Positions 47,093 to 57,183 of a DNA stretch of 64,000 nucleotides are shown piece by piece. Source of the DNA: an uncultured Gemmatimonadota bacterium. GTDB taxonomy: Bacteria > Blakebacterota > Blakebacteria > Blakebacterales > Blakebacteraceae. Under the pieces are notes generated by a model. That model ran no database searches. It was given only the letters and a program-made list of their open reading frames with translations, and had not been told where the DNA came from. Where the stretch lies: contig CAZNUA010000010.1 of the NCBI GenBank assembly GCA_964576115.1, positions 1 to 64,000 on the forward strand, read 5' to 3'. How positions within the stretch are numbered: the first letter of the stretch is position 1; every line of letters begins with the position of its first letter. The position numbers and the translations under genes were made by a program.

Positions 47093-48148
47093 TCAGGACA
47101 CCATCGGTCGGCCGATCAGTCCTTCCAGACTCTCGAGCAGACCGGGATCGCGGGCTCCGGCGCCCAGCTGCAGGGAATCGCTCGGGGTCGAGATGAGCAG
47201 CACTTTACGCCCCGGTGATATCTCCGGCAGGATCAGGGGCATACCGTTCACCGCATCGAGCATGATCATCAGGTCGGGATAGCGGGCCAGCAGTTCGCCT
47301 TCCCGTTCCAGCGTCAGAAAGGTTCCCACAGCCTGCAGCCTGAAAGGTGGGGCGTCGATGGCCACGACCGACATCCCGCTCGAGTAATTCACCCGATTCC
47401 CGGTTATTTCGATCTCGCCCCAGTAGTTGGCCGTCATGCGTTCGCTGTACCAGGCGGCGGCTTTCTCGGTGCTGTCGGCCAGGGTGCGGCGGTACTCCCG
47501 TCCGAGGGCGGTGGCGGTATGGATGCCGCCGGGAACGCCGCCGCCGATGACCTGCTGGAGGGGAACCGGGTTGCGTGCTACGCTGACCGCCCCTCCGGCC
47601 TGTGCGGCCGCCCGTCGGATGAGTTTATCCGCAACCTGAAGAGTGGCCGAAACATACATTTCGACATACTCCCCCCGTTCGGGGTCGCCGCCGGCGCAGG
47701 CCTGCCAGGAAATGAAATCGGCCAGGTTGCTCAAACCGAGGGTGCCCTGCAGGGCCAGCGGGTGACCGCGTCCGTCCCCCGGCAGATCGACCACGGGCAG
47801 GCCGAGGACCGCTGACTGCAGCCACCCGTCCACGATGCCGCGACCGCCCATTCCTTCGGGAATGAGGCCGGTCAGTTCTCCGCTCAGGTGTTCGCGCAGC
47901 AGTTCCACCGCTCGCATGTGATCACCAGGTTTGATATGGAAGCGGCGTCCGACCGGGGCTTCGGCTACCGAGCAACTGGCCAGCAGGCCGTCACCGGGGT
48001 GGTTCTCGGGATGGACGAGTTCGGGTCGCCCGAGCCCGAAGGCGGTCCGTCCCAGGGCGAGCCCCTCGGCCACGCTGCCACCCCCGCCTCCACCCAGCAG
48101 GGCTCCCCCCCAGACAGTATCTTCCAGCCAGGTTTGAGATATCTGCAT
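47093..48148 (-). CDS. DUF917 family protein
   Basis: GGALLGGGGGGS, GLPVVD..GDGRGHP, VARNPV, PDLMIMLD...G.P. Confidence 0.75.
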   Translation of the reverse strand: MQISQTWLEDTVWGGALLGGGGGGSVAEGLALGRTAFGLGRPELVHPENHPGDGLLASCSVAEAPVGRRFHIKPGDHMRAVELLREHLSGELTGLIPEGMGGRGIVDGWLQSAVLGLPVVDLPGDGRGHPLALQGTLGLSNLADFISWQACAGGDPERGEYVEMYVSATLQVADKLIRRAAAQAGGAVSVARNPVPLQQVIGGGVPGGIHTATALGREYRRTLADSTEKAAAWYSERMTANYWGEIEITGNRVNYSSGMSVVAIDAPPFRLQAVGTFLTLEREGELLARYPDLMIMLDAVNGMPLILPEISPGRKVLLISTPSDSLQLGAGARDPGLLESLEGLIGRPMVS

Positions 48149-48286
48149 AGTGATGAAACCATACCTATTTCGGGGAGTATCAGCAAGCCCGGGGGATTCC
48201 TCTGGCCCGGATGACAGGGTGTCAGGTATCCTTTCTTATCAGGGAATACGTCGAGCGCAGCCAGCCGCACAGCCAACGGGAGAATC

Positions 48287-49402
48287 GTGAAGAAGATCAT
48301 TCTTCTCCTCCTCCTTCTTCTCATCGCCGCTCCGCCGGTGAGTTGGAAGATGAAAGACGAACGTCGGGCCGACGTCGTCATCGTTGATGCTTCGGTGACC
48401 GGTGAGGAGTGCCGGCAGCATGCCGGCCTGGTCTGGCTGCTGGAACAGATGCGGATCCAGAACCCGGAAGGACGTCAGCACGTCCTGCACGATTTTTACG
48501 GCTATTTCCCCTTCCGGCAGGATGAAGTCCGCCGTCTGGAACCGGTCTTTCTCGAAGGGACCGATCTGCTCTATATCGCCGACACGGCGGGGGTGTGGCG
48601 GAGCAGCCTCGAGGATTTCGAACTGCTTCGCGATCGGGATCGCGATGAGATCAAGCACTCCGGCCTGGCCCGGAGCGAAGTGCGGGCGATCACCGAATAC
48701 ATCGATAACGGCGGTCTGGCGGTCGGCGAAGCCTTACTCTTCGCGGGCCGTTACGAGGGCGGCATACCCACCCGCCGGGAACTCGAAGAAGCCTTCGGAG
48801 TCACCTGGACCGGCTGGGTCGGCGGCTGGTTCAAGGATTTGAATAACGTCAAACAGGTTCCGTTCTGGTGCCGTGCGCTCTATGAGCGCATGACCGGCAA
48901 CCTGTGGGAATTCCGGGGCAGCGGAGTGCTCCTGTTCAATGAAGCCAGAAACGAGTTCTTCGTCCTCACCTATGGTGCGGAGATGCGCGAGCCGCGCCCG
49001 GAGATCATCATTACCCGACGCGACCAGGCCCTCAGCGGGGCGGTCGAATCGGGCGTGCCCCAATGGGGTTGGTTCGAAGTCGTCGAAGCGATCAACCCGG
49101 AGGGCGTCAGAGCCCTGATCAGACTCAATCTGAGCACTTCGGGGCAGCAGGTTCTCGAGAGCAAGGGCCTGCCGTCCTCCTTCCCGGCCGTGGTGTCGCA
49201 GTATCTGGGTCGCGAGACGTACTACCTGGCTGTCGACCTGAGTTATGTCCCGACCTGGCTGGGACCGGTTCAGGTCAACTGGATGCCGGAGATCCGGGCC
49301 ACCCTGGCCTCCCTGGTCGAATCGCAGTTCCAGGGCGAAGAAGCGTTCTGGACGTTCTATATTCCCTTCCTGCGCAACCTGTTCGAACAGATCGCCCACT
49401 GA
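48287..49402 (+). CDS. Hypothetical membrane-anchored protein
   Basis: N-terminal TM; 371-aa ORF with typical codon usage, followed by a terminator. Confidence 0.7.
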   Translation: MKKIILLLLLLLIAAPPVSWKMKDERRADVVIVDASVTGEECRQHAGLVWLLEQMRIQNPEGRQHVLHDFYGYFPFRQDEVRRLEPVFLEGTDLLYIADTAGVWRSSLEDFELLRDRDRDEIKHSGLARSEVRAITEYIDNGGLAVGEALLFAGRYEGGIPTRRELEEAFGVTWTGWVGGWFKDLNNVKQVPFWCRALYERMTGNLWEFRGSGVLLFNEARNEFFVLTYGAEMREPRPEIIITRRDQALSGAVESGVPQWGWFEVVEAINPEGVRALIRLNLSTSGQQVLESKGLPSSFPAVVSQYLGRETYYLAVDLSYVPTWLGPVQVNWMPEIRATLASLVESQFQGEEAFWTFYIPFLRNLFEQIAH

Positions 49403-49425
49403 TACGGAATTTCCTGCGGAGAACC

Positions 49426-49459
49426 AAAAACCCCGCCGGGGTGAACCGGCGGGGCTTTT
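49426..49459. terminator. Bidirectional rho-independent terminator
   Basis: AAAAA-CCCCGCCGG-ggtgaa-CCGGCGGGG-cTTTT between convergent genes. Confidence 0.85.
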
Positions 49460-49505
49460 CGGGGAACCGGCGGTCTCGATCGGCCGGCCCCGGATCACGG
49501 CGAGC

Positions 49506-50804
49506 TCAGGGCAGCATGACCCGGCTGATTTCGGCCAGGAAAAGACGGCGCCGGGCGCTGGTGCGTTCCTGATTGTAGCGGTAGGTCTCCTCGAACTGTA
49601 CCTCGAGGACGACCTCGATCTCGCGCATCTCCGCGAAATCGAGCATGATCTGCTCGGGTTCCGAGAGATAGGGTGAGATCGTCAACCCGACGTAGTTCTG
49701 ATCTACCTGGAGGTGAAGCTGATCGTCGAGCCGGACCAGGGTGCCGCTGATCAGAGCCCGGTTGATCTCCATCGCGAACCATTCCTCCCAGTCCTCGCTC
49801 TGATTCCATACCAGGGAAGCAATGTCGAGCACGCTGGCGGTGGATTCTTCGGCTTGCTGGTCGGGAGTAAGGATCACGCACGGTCCGAAAACCTGTTCGA
49901 CACGCAGTTCGTCAATCTCCTCGGCGATAAAGAGATTGGCCGGTATGGTGTCCTCTTCAGCCCTGATGAAACGTGGATTGGAGCCCCAGATGGTATCCAG
50001 TCGGCTGGGCACCTGGATGACGATCAGTTCGTCGGTGCCCTGCTGGATGAAGCCGATGGCTTCCTCGGTGCGCTCGAACTGGGTGCCGGGCTGGTACACG
50101 TAGTAGGGTTCGTTGGCGGCCGAATTCAGGATGGCCCAGGTGCCGATACCGAGGGCGATAACGACAACGGCGATGATGAGTATGCCCGTCAGACCCCCGC
50201 CGGTCCGGCCGACCGTCGTGTCGAGATCGATGCCCTCGAGGCCCCCGATCGGTTCCCCCCGGGTGATCGCCATCGGCTTCGGAGTCTGCCATTTACGGAG
50301 TTTCAGGTCGACCGAGGTTTGCAGCTCGGCCGGACATTCGGAAACGCGCTCGAACATGTTGCCGAGGGCGGCCTCGAGTTCGGCCAGCATCCTGGCCATC
50401 GGGCTCTCGGGATGGGGTGTGGGGAGAGCCTCCTCCTCGGTTTCCTCATCCCCGGTCTCGACCGTCTCGCTCCCGGCCGCTTCCGTATCCGGCGCCGGGA
50501 AGGGAGTTTCCTCCACCGCCGTGGCTGCGGTTTCTTCCTCGTCTTCGGCCGGGACGGCGGGCTTTGACTTGACCGGTGTATCGGGCAGGAGCACCTCGAT
50601 GATTGTCCGGTCACTGAGGTCCTTGACCCGAAGAGCCGGATCGGCACCCTTCTGGAGCCACACGTAGAACCCGGCTCCCAGAATCTCATCCGACATCTTC
50701 ACGCCGTTGAACGTTTCGAGCAGTTTTTCGGCGATGGTGCGGTCCTGGTGAACACCTTCCACATAGAACCCGTAGAGTGTCTTCGCCTGCCAGTATCTGG
50801 CCAT
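49506..50804 (-). CDS. Hypothetical bitopic membrane protein
   Basis: GGAGGAG RBS; globular N-terminus, acidic linker, central TM, beta-rich C-terminus. Confidence 0.7.
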   Translation of the reverse strand: MARYWQAKTLYGFYVEGVHQDRTIAEKLLETFNGVKMSDEILGAGFYVWLQKGADPALRVKDLSDRTIIEVLLPDTPVKSKPAVPAEDEEETAATAVEETPFPAPDTEAAGSETVETGDEETEEEALPTPHPESPMARMLAELEAALGNMFERVSECPAELQTSVDLKLRKWQTPKPMAITRGEPIGGLEGIDLDTTVGRTGGGLTGILIIAVVVIALGIGTWAILNSAANEPYYVYQPGTQFERTEEAIGFIQQGTDELIVIQVPSRLDTIWGSNPRFIRAEEDTIPANLFIAEEIDELRVEQVFGPCVILTPDQQAEESTASVLDIASLVWNQSEDWEEWFAMEINRALISGTLVRLDDQLHLQVDQNYVGLTISPYLSEPEQIMLDFAEMREIEVVLEVQFEETYRYNQERTSARRRLFLAEISRVMLP

Positions 50805-51035
50805 TCTGTTCACTCCTCCGGTCGAAGTTCGGAGCGAATACTAGTGAGGGGGCCTGCCTTCGTCAATCGGCATTACCGGCCGCTTCCTCTCTGTATTCAG
50901 ACGTTCGGCGGGCTTGTCTATATATAGCACTCCCGGGCCCCGATGACTCGCATCGAATGCGTCCCGGGCGGCTGTGGGCAGCTGCCTCTTGCCGGGCCGG
51001 ACCGGGGGCATTACCGTGCGTGATATCAGACTGCT

Positions 51036-51231
51036 CCCCAGTGATCCCGTCGGGATCGGAGAGGGAAGCCGGTGAGAGTCCGGCGCGGCCCCCGCCACTG
51101 TAACCGGGGACCCGCAGCGCCCGGCCCACAAGGGGCCGGCCGCCACTGGCAGGGCAGGTCGTTTAAGCGCGGCCCACCTGCCGGGAAGGTGCGGTGCGGG
51201 AGTGATCCGGAAGCCAGGAGACCTGCTGGGG
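51036..51231 (+). promoter_or_regulatory. Cobalamin (AdoCbl) riboswitch
   Basis: AGGGAAgccGGTGagAgTCCggcgCGGcccccGCCACTGT, second GCCACTG, CCGGGAAGG, B12 box AAGCCAGGAGACCTGC; CCCCAG/CTGGGG closing stem; directly upstream of a TonB receptor. Confidence 0.95.
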
Positions 51232-51340
51232 TGTGGCGACACCAGCCCGCGGGGGGGGTGCGTTCGCGTCCGGCTCCTCAGGCCGCACGCCCGCCGTCCC
51301 GCCCCCCGGGATCAAAACCTGCATGCCGACAGGGGGAGTC

Positions 51341-53251
51341 ATGAACACGCGTATCCTGGTTTGCATCCTCGGGTGCCTCGCGGGCGGCGCGGTACCCCGG
51401 GGAGCGAGGGCCCAGCTTCCCGAGTACGTCTTCGATCCCGTCATTGTCACCGCCACCCGAACCCCGACCTCGATCAGTCAGGTGGGTTCTTCGGTCGCTG
51501 TCGTGACCGGTTCCGAGCTGCGGGCCCGGGGTGCCGCCACGCTGCTGGAGGGGCTGGCCTTCGTGCCCGGTCTGGTACAGATCCAGGCCGGCTCTGCGGC
51601 CGGTACTGCAACCGTCTTCATGCGCGGTGCCAAAGGCGATCACCTGCTCGTTCTCGTGGACGGTATCGAAGTCAACGATCCGCTCACTCCCGGCAACAGC
51701 TTCGATTTCAGCACCTTTCCGACCGACGCGATCGAGCGGATCGAAATCGTGCGGGGGCCGCAGAGCACCCTGTACGGATCTGACGCCGTGGCCGGCGTGA
51801 TCAACATCATCACCCGCCCCCCCGGCGAGGCCGTCGCCCCGTGGGCGACCTTCGAGGGGGGCTCGTACGAAACCCTGAACGCCGCCGCGGGCGTGAGCGG
51901 GACTCTGGCTGGAAACCGGATCCGTCTCGAGATCGCCCGGCGCCAGCTCGGCGGGATCTCGAGTGCGGCCGAAGCCGACGGCAACACCGAGCCCGACGAC
52001 TGGAATATGTGGTCGGGTGCCATGAGCCTCGAGCGTCAGGTGGGACGCGGAGAGCTGACTGCCACGCTGCGGGGCAGCCGTTCCCGTTTCGATATCGACG
52101 ATTTCGGCGGGCCTTTCGGAGACGATCCCAATGCTCTCGACCACCGTCAGGATCTGACCGGCAGTGTGCGCTACCGGTCGACTCCGGGAACGCGGTGGAC
52201 CCACAGTCTGCTCCTCGGTGCCACGGCCGTTCGCCGGACCGGCTTCGACGGCGCCGATCCCGATCATGCCGACGAGCGGGTCAATTCGGAGTACCGCGGG
52301 CTGGTCCAGAGTGCACAGTGGCAGCACGAGGTGGTTCTGGCCGATCATCGCCTGACCGCCGGTCTGGCCTGGGAGCGCCGCAGCGGGCAGAGCCGGTATG
52401 CGTCGGACTCGGGCGGCTGGCTGTATTCCGAGAACCTGCCCTGGCAGGCCCGGTCGGTAACGGCTCTCTACGTCCAGGATCAGTTCGGTCTCGGTCCCGT
52501 CGCCCTGACCCTCGGCGGCCGGATCGATGTCTGGAGCGGGTATGGCGTCCATCCCACCATGCGGGCGGCGGCGGTCGTTCCAATCGGGCGGATTCTGGTG
52601 AGATCTTCGATCGGTACCGCTTTCCGTACCCCCTCGATCTACCAGTGCTTCAGCCCCCGGTACGGAAACGCCGATCTGGAGGCCGAGCGCTCGCTGGGGT
52701 ACGACCTGGGACTCGAGGTGCCTCTGACCGATCGCGCCCGGGTGGGGGTGAGCGTCTACCGTCAGAACGTGACCGATCTGATCGATTTTATCACCGATCC
52801 CACGACCTGGATTTCGCAGTATGTCAACCGGAGCGAGGTTGTGATGCAGGGGGCGGAAGGGGAGGTCCGGCTCGCGCTCTCCGACAGACTGGGAGCCGAA
52901 GCGGGTCTGACGCTGATGCAGGCCCGCGACGAAACCGCCGGCGAGGATCTGGTCCGACGTCCCGCCCTGACCGCGACGCTCGGCCTCGACTGGCACAGTG
53001 CGGGAGCCCTGTATGGCTCGGCCCGGTTCCGCCATGTCGGGAAGCGTTCCGATATCGACTTCCATTCCCCGCCGTATCCCGTCGTCGATCTCGAACCCGT
53101 CACCCTGGTCGAGGCCGAACTCGGGTACGAAGCGACGGAACATCTCGGATTGCGCGTGCGTCTGCGCAACATCACCGATGCCGATCCGGTGTGGGTCTGG
53201 GGATACGGGGCCATGGGCCGGGCGTTCTACCTCGGGCTCCTGATCCACTGA
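51341..53251 (+). CDS. btuB: TonB-dependent cobalamin receptor
   Basis: VIVTATR, VFMRGA...LLVLVDG, ERIEIVRGPQSTLYGSDA.AGVINIIT, GTAFRTPS, L.RRP; preceded by the B12 riboswitch. Confidence 0.88.
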   Translation: MNTRILVCILGCLAGGAVPRGARAQLPEYVFDPVIVTATRTPTSISQVGSSVAVVTGSELRARGAATLLEGLAFVPGLVQIQAGSAAGTATVFMRGAKGDHLLVLVDGIEVNDPLTPGNSFDFSTFPTDAIERIEIVRGPQSTLYGSDAVAGVINIITRPPGEAVAPWATFEGGSYETLNAAAGVSGTLAGNRIRLEIARRQLGGISSAAEADGNTEPDDWNMWSGAMSLERQVGRGELTATLRGSRSRFDIDDFGGPFGDDPNALDHRQDLTGSVRYRSTPGTRWTHSLLLGATAVRRTGFDGADPDHADERVNSEYRGLVQSAQWQHEVVLADHRLTAGLAWERRSGQSRYASDSGGWLYSENLPWQARSVTALYVQDQFGLGPVALTLGGRIDVWSGYGVHPTMRAAAVVPIGRILVRSSIGTAFRTPSIYQCFSPRYGNADLEAERSLGYDLGLEVPLTDRARVGVSVYRQNVTDLIDFITDPTTWISQYVNRSEVVMQGAEGEVRLALSDRLGAEAGLTLMQARDETAGEDLVRRPALTATLGLDWHSAGALYGSARFRHVGKRSDIDFHSPPYPVVDLEPVTLVEAELGYEATEHLGLRVRLRNITDADPVWVWGYGAMGRAFYLGLLIH

Positions 53252-53287
53252 GCCGGGTGACTTCGGTCGGGCCTGTCTGTTACTCTA

Positions 53288-53429
53288 GTTCCCGTCCGGA
53301 AACGGTTCTTTTCCGCGATCTCGGCGTCAGTCGGCCGGGTTCCTTGTGCGACGTACAGTCAGTACGCCTCCGCGCAACCCGTTGACTTCCTTGACCTCGC
53401 GGAAAAGTCCTCGTTCCCGCCTCGGGAAC
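53288..53429. repeat. Palindromic element, same family as the one at 43063
   Basis: GTTCCCG/CGGGAAC ends, CTTTTCCGCGA/TCGCGGAAAAG stem, shared core TCTCGGCGT..CTTGTGCGACGTAC..GTACG.CTCCGCGC..CCTTGA. Confidence 0.85.
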
Positions 53430-53518
53430 CACGCTTGTGTCCATCCGGAGTTTCCGGGTGGACACTACTATGGCCCGGGAGGGCGGTGGAGTTGAGCCAC
53501 AGCCCCGGAAAGGGCTGC

Positions 53519-54670
53519 ATGGACTACGACATCATCGTGATCGGCGGTGGACTGGCGGGTCTGCATACGACCCGCCTGCTGGCGATGCGCGGTCTGCGCA
53601 CCCTGTGCCTGGAGTCGAACCTGATCGGTGACATCATCCAGGTTACGGGTCTTTTCGTGCAGCAGGCCTTCGAGGATGTACCTTTTCCCCGGCACCTCTT
53701 CGGCGGCGGTCTCTCGCGGGTGACCATCCATGCCCCCGGGGGACGGACCTTCGCCGCCGAACACGCCAGCCGGCAATTCTACGTGGCCGACATGCCGGCC
53801 CTGCTGGAATGGATGGCTGCCGAAGCCCGTCATGCCGGGGCTGAGATCAGGGAACGGCACCGTCTGATCGACCTCGAGACCACCGCCGACGGTATCCGTC
53901 TCCTGGTCCAGTACCCGGGTGGCGAGCCCTTCACCTTCACGGCCCGTTTCGTGCTGGGTGCCGACGGTCCCCGTTCCGAGGTGGCTGCGGCTCTCGATCT
54001 GCCCCGCTACCGTCGTTTTCTGCATGGCATCGAAGAGATTCACACCTCGAGCGAGGCCGATGAGAACGGCGGTATCCATCTCTTCTTCGGCCGGCGTCTG
54101 GCACCGGGTTACCTCGCCTGGGTCATCCCCGGGCCGCAGGGGTATCTGGTCGGTCTGGCCGGTCGCCGGCGCCGGGGGTGGTCGCCGGCCCGGGCCCTGA
54201 CCGGCTTCATCGACGAGGTGCGCCCCCGGTTCGGCCTGCAACGCATGATCTCGCGGCGGGGAGCCTTCATCCCCTGTGCCGGGCCGCGACCGGTGCTGGT
54301 GCGCGAGCGGGTCATGCTGGTCGGCGATGCCGCCGGTCTGGTCTCCCCTCTGACCGCCGGGGGGATCCATTACGTGCTGCAGCACGCTCGGCGAGCCTCC
54401 TATCTCGTGACGACCTTCCTCGAAACCGGCGATCAGGGCATTTTCCGGCGACCGCTGCCTCCCGAACTGCGCCGGAGGCTGACATTCAAAAGGGTTGTAC
54501 GGAGGGTGTATGAATGGATCTCGGCCGACTGGCTGCTCGATCTGGGGATGCGGATCGTGCCCGCCGTTCTGCCGGCCAGGCTGGTCCGGCGGGCCCTGCT
54601 CGGCTTCGGGGTCGAGAACCATGTCGGCTGGCTGCCCGTCGAGGACGAACCCTCCTCCCCGCAGACATAA
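53519..54670 (+). CDS. FAD-dependent oxidoreductase, geranylgeranyl reductase family
   Basis: DIIVIGGGLAG, GADG..SEVA, PGYLAWVIP, VGDAAGLVSPLTAGGI. Confidence 0.85.
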   Translation: MDYDIIVIGGGLAGLHTTRLLAMRGLRTLCLESNLIGDIIQVTGLFVQQAFEDVPFPRHLFGGGLSRVTIHAPGGRTFAAEHASRQFYVADMPALLEWMAAEARHAGAEIRERHRLIDLETTADGIRLLVQYPGGEPFTFTARFVLGADGPRSEVAAALDLPRYRRFLHGIEEIHTSSEADENGGIHLFFGRRLAPGYLAWVIPGPQGYLVGLAGRRRRGWSPARALTGFIDEVRPRFGLQRMISRRGAFIPCAGPRPVLVRERVMLVGDAAGLVSPLTAGGIHYVLQHARRASYLVTTFLETGDQGIFRRPLPPELRRRLTFKRVVRRVYEWISADWLLDLGMRIVPAVLPARLVRRALLGFGVENHVGWLPVEDEPSSPQT

Positions 54671-54810
54671 TCCGAAAGCGCCGGTGTCGGCCGTTTCGTC
54701 GCGATGTGCGGACTGCTCATGAGGCAGAAGGGATACCCGGCGGTCATTGCGGAGAGCTTCGTCGCCCCGGGGTGGCGCCCCCGGCCCGGTCGGTTTAGAT
54801 TAGGACACCT

Positions 54811-56364
54811 ATGCGTCGAGTGAGGATCATACCCGCCCTCATCGTTTTGGCCTGGTTTGCCATGGCCGGGATGCTGGTCAAGAGGGAATACTTCACCGAG
54901 CTTCCGCGGTGGACTCTCGGAGCCGTCCGAGCCGATACCGCGGCTGTGGAGTGGTGGACGGGGATCTACCTGAATGACGGAAAGGTGGGGTACGCCTGGT
55001 CGCGGCGCGAGAGCGTGGGGGATACCCTTTTCCGGGTGGAAACCACCCAGCTGCTGCAACTGACCGCGCTCGGTGTCGATCAGGTTCTCAACCTGCGCAG
55101 CGAGAGCACCCTGAATCCCGATTACAGCCTGCGCTCCTTTTCCTTCGCGCTCTCGACCGATGCCGCCGGCTCCGGTCCGACCGCCGCCGGGCGGGGTCTG
55201 GCGGGAGGGACCAGTATCGAGATTCGGGGTGGAGTCGACGGTCGGCGCCTGCGGGTCGTCGTGGGAGCTCCGGGTGAAAGGGGCGCGGAACAGGTCATCC
55301 CCCTCGATGGTCCGATCTATCTCGACGCCGGTCCCGAACTGCTCCTGGCCCGTGACGGTTTCACGGTCGGTGAAACGGTCGCGGTCCCGGTCTTCGATCC
55401 GGCCTCGATGGCAACCGTGGCGCACCAGATCCGGGTTGCCGGGCGCGATACGGTTCTCCTCGCCGGCACCTCCCGTCCGGCCTGGAGGCTGGAAACCGAA
55501 TACCTGGGTCTGACGGCCCGGATCTGGGTCGATGACCGGGGGCGGGAACTCGTCGGAGAACTCCCCTTCGGTTTCGCCACGTTTCAAATACGACGCGAAG
55601 ACCGCGATACGGCTCTGACCGCGGGATGGGAGCGTTCGACCGCCCTGGATATCGTCAATCTGGCCGCCATCCCGGCCGGAGTCATGAAGATCGAAGACGC
55701 GCGGAACGTCGACTCGATGACGGTGCGGTTGGGGGGGGTGGATTTCTCGGAGTTCGATCTGACTTTCGGACGGCAGGAACTCATCGAGGAAATTGTCGAG
55801 GTCAAGATCGAGGAACTGGCCTCCCTCGCGGATTACTCCCTGCCCGCCGGGGGAGTGGGACTGCGTCGCTACCTGGGCCCGACGCCGCTCGTCCAGAGCG
55901 AGGATCCCCTCATCGTCGGTACGGCGCGACGCATACGGGGATCGAGGCGCAGCGCCCGGGCTTTCGCCGAGACCCTGGTGCACTGGATCTACGAAGAACT
56001 GGCCAAGGAGCCCACGGCGGGTATCCCGAGTGCGCTGGAGGTGCTCGAGCGGCGCCGCGGGGACTGCAACGAGCATACCACCCTCTATACCGCCCTGGCC
56101 CGGGCGGTGGGTCTGCCGACCCTGATGAACGCCGGAGTGGTCTACCTCGACGGCAGGTTCTACTACCACGCCTGGCCATCGGTCTGGATCGGTGACTGGG
56201 TGGCGGTCGATCCGACCTTCGATCAGTTTCCCGCCGACGCCACCCATATCAGCTTCATCAGGGGCGGTCTCGAACAGCAGGTGGACCTGATGCGGATCAT
56301 CGGTCGTATCACCATCGACGTCGTACGCTACGAACCGCTTCCGTCAGCCGAAAGGTCCCGATGA
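54811..56364 (+). CDS. Membrane-anchored transglutaminase-like domain protein
   Basis: N-terminal TM; GDCNEH, ALARAVGLP, YHAWP, W.AVDPT (Cys-His-Asp triad). Confidence 0.88.
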   Translation: MRRVRIIPALIVLAWFAMAGMLVKREYFTELPRWTLGAVRADTAAVEWWTGIYLNDGKVGYAWSRRESVGDTLFRVETTQLLQLTALGVDQVLNLRSESTLNPDYSLRSFSFALSTDAAGSGPTAAGRGLAGGTSIEIRGGVDGRRLRVVVGAPGERGAEQVIPLDGPIYLDAGPELLLARDGFTVGETVAVPVFDPASMATVAHQIRVAGRDTVLLAGTSRPAWRLETEYLGLTARIWVDDRGRELVGELPFGFATFQIRREDRDTALTAGWERSTALDIVNLAAIPAGVMKIEDARNVDSMTVRLGGVDFSEFDLTFGRQELIEEIVEVKIEELASLADYSLPAGGVGLRRYLGPTPLVQSEDPLIVGTARRIRGSRRSARAFAETLVHWIYEELAKEPTAGIPSALEVLERRRGDCNEHTTLYTALARAVGLPTLMNAGVVYLDGRFYYHAWPSVWIGDWVAVDPTFDQFPADATHISFIRGGLEQQVDLMRIIGRITIDVVRYEPLPSAERSR

Positions 56365-57173
56365 GTCGTTTGATTGTCCGGAATCCCGAGGCTCCGGCGC
56401 TCAGGGTGCGCGGGCTCCACAAGCATTTCTCGACCGTCGAGGCGGTACGGGGAATCGACCTCGAGGTGCACCGGGGAGAGATCTTCGGTTTCCTCGGGCC
56501 GAACGGGGCGGGCAAGACGACCACGATCCGGACCCTGGTCGGGCTGCTCCATCCCAGCGCCGGTCAGATCGAACTCGGGGGCTTCGACCTGCTCTCCGAT
56601 CCGGTCGCCGCGAAAACGATCGTCGGTTTCATCCCCGACCGGCCCTTCATCTACGAGAAGCTGACCGGGCGCGAGTTCCTCCGGTTCATCGCCGGCCTCT
56701 ACAAGGTCTATGAGGAAGAGGTCGACGAACTCGAAGAACGGATCGACGACCTGCTCCTCTTCTTTGAGCTCGAGGAGTGGGGCGACGAGTTGGTCGAGTC
56801 GTACTCGCACGGCATGAAGCAGCGTCTGGTGATGGGGGCGGCTCTGCTGCACGAGCCCGAGATCATCATCGTGGACGAACCGATGGTCGGCCTCGACCCG
56901 AAAGGCGCCCGCCTGCTCAAGAGCCTCTTTCAGCAGCGGGCCGAAGGGGGGGGAGCCATTTTCATGTCCACGCACACTCTGGCCGTGGCCGAGGAACTCT
57001 GCGATCGGATCGCCATCATCCAGGAGGGCGAGATCATCGCGGCGGGAACGCTCGGGGAACTGCGGGCCCGGGCGGGCATGGGGGGCGATGAAGCGGCCCG
57101 GCTCGAGGCGGTTTTCCTCAAACTCACGACCGACGAGGATATGGAAGAGGTCGTCCGGGCCCTGCGCCTCTGA
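56361..57173 (+). CDS. ABC transporter ATP-binding protein
   Basis: GPNGAGKTT, YSHGMKQR, IIVDEP, STH. Confidence 0.95.
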   Translation: MSRLIVRNPEAPALRVRGLHKHFSTVEAVRGIDLEVHRGEIFGFLGPNGAGKTTTIRTLVGLLHPSAGQIELGGFDLLSDPVAAKTIVGFIPDRPFIYEKLTGREFLRFIAGLYKVYEEEVDELEERIDDLLLFFELEEWGDELVESYSHGMKQRLVMGAALLHEPEIIIVDEPMVGLDPKGARLLKSLFQQRAEGGGAIFMSTHTLAVAEELCDRIAIIQEGEIIAAGTLGELRARAGMGGDEAARLEAVFLKLTTDEDMEEVVRALRL

Positions 57174-57183
57174 CCGCCCCGGC

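Noticed and set aside
51233-51340. Upstream GTG start for btuB
   Set aside because: Lies in the riboswitch expression platform; ATG 51341 has an RBS and gives a normal signal peptide.
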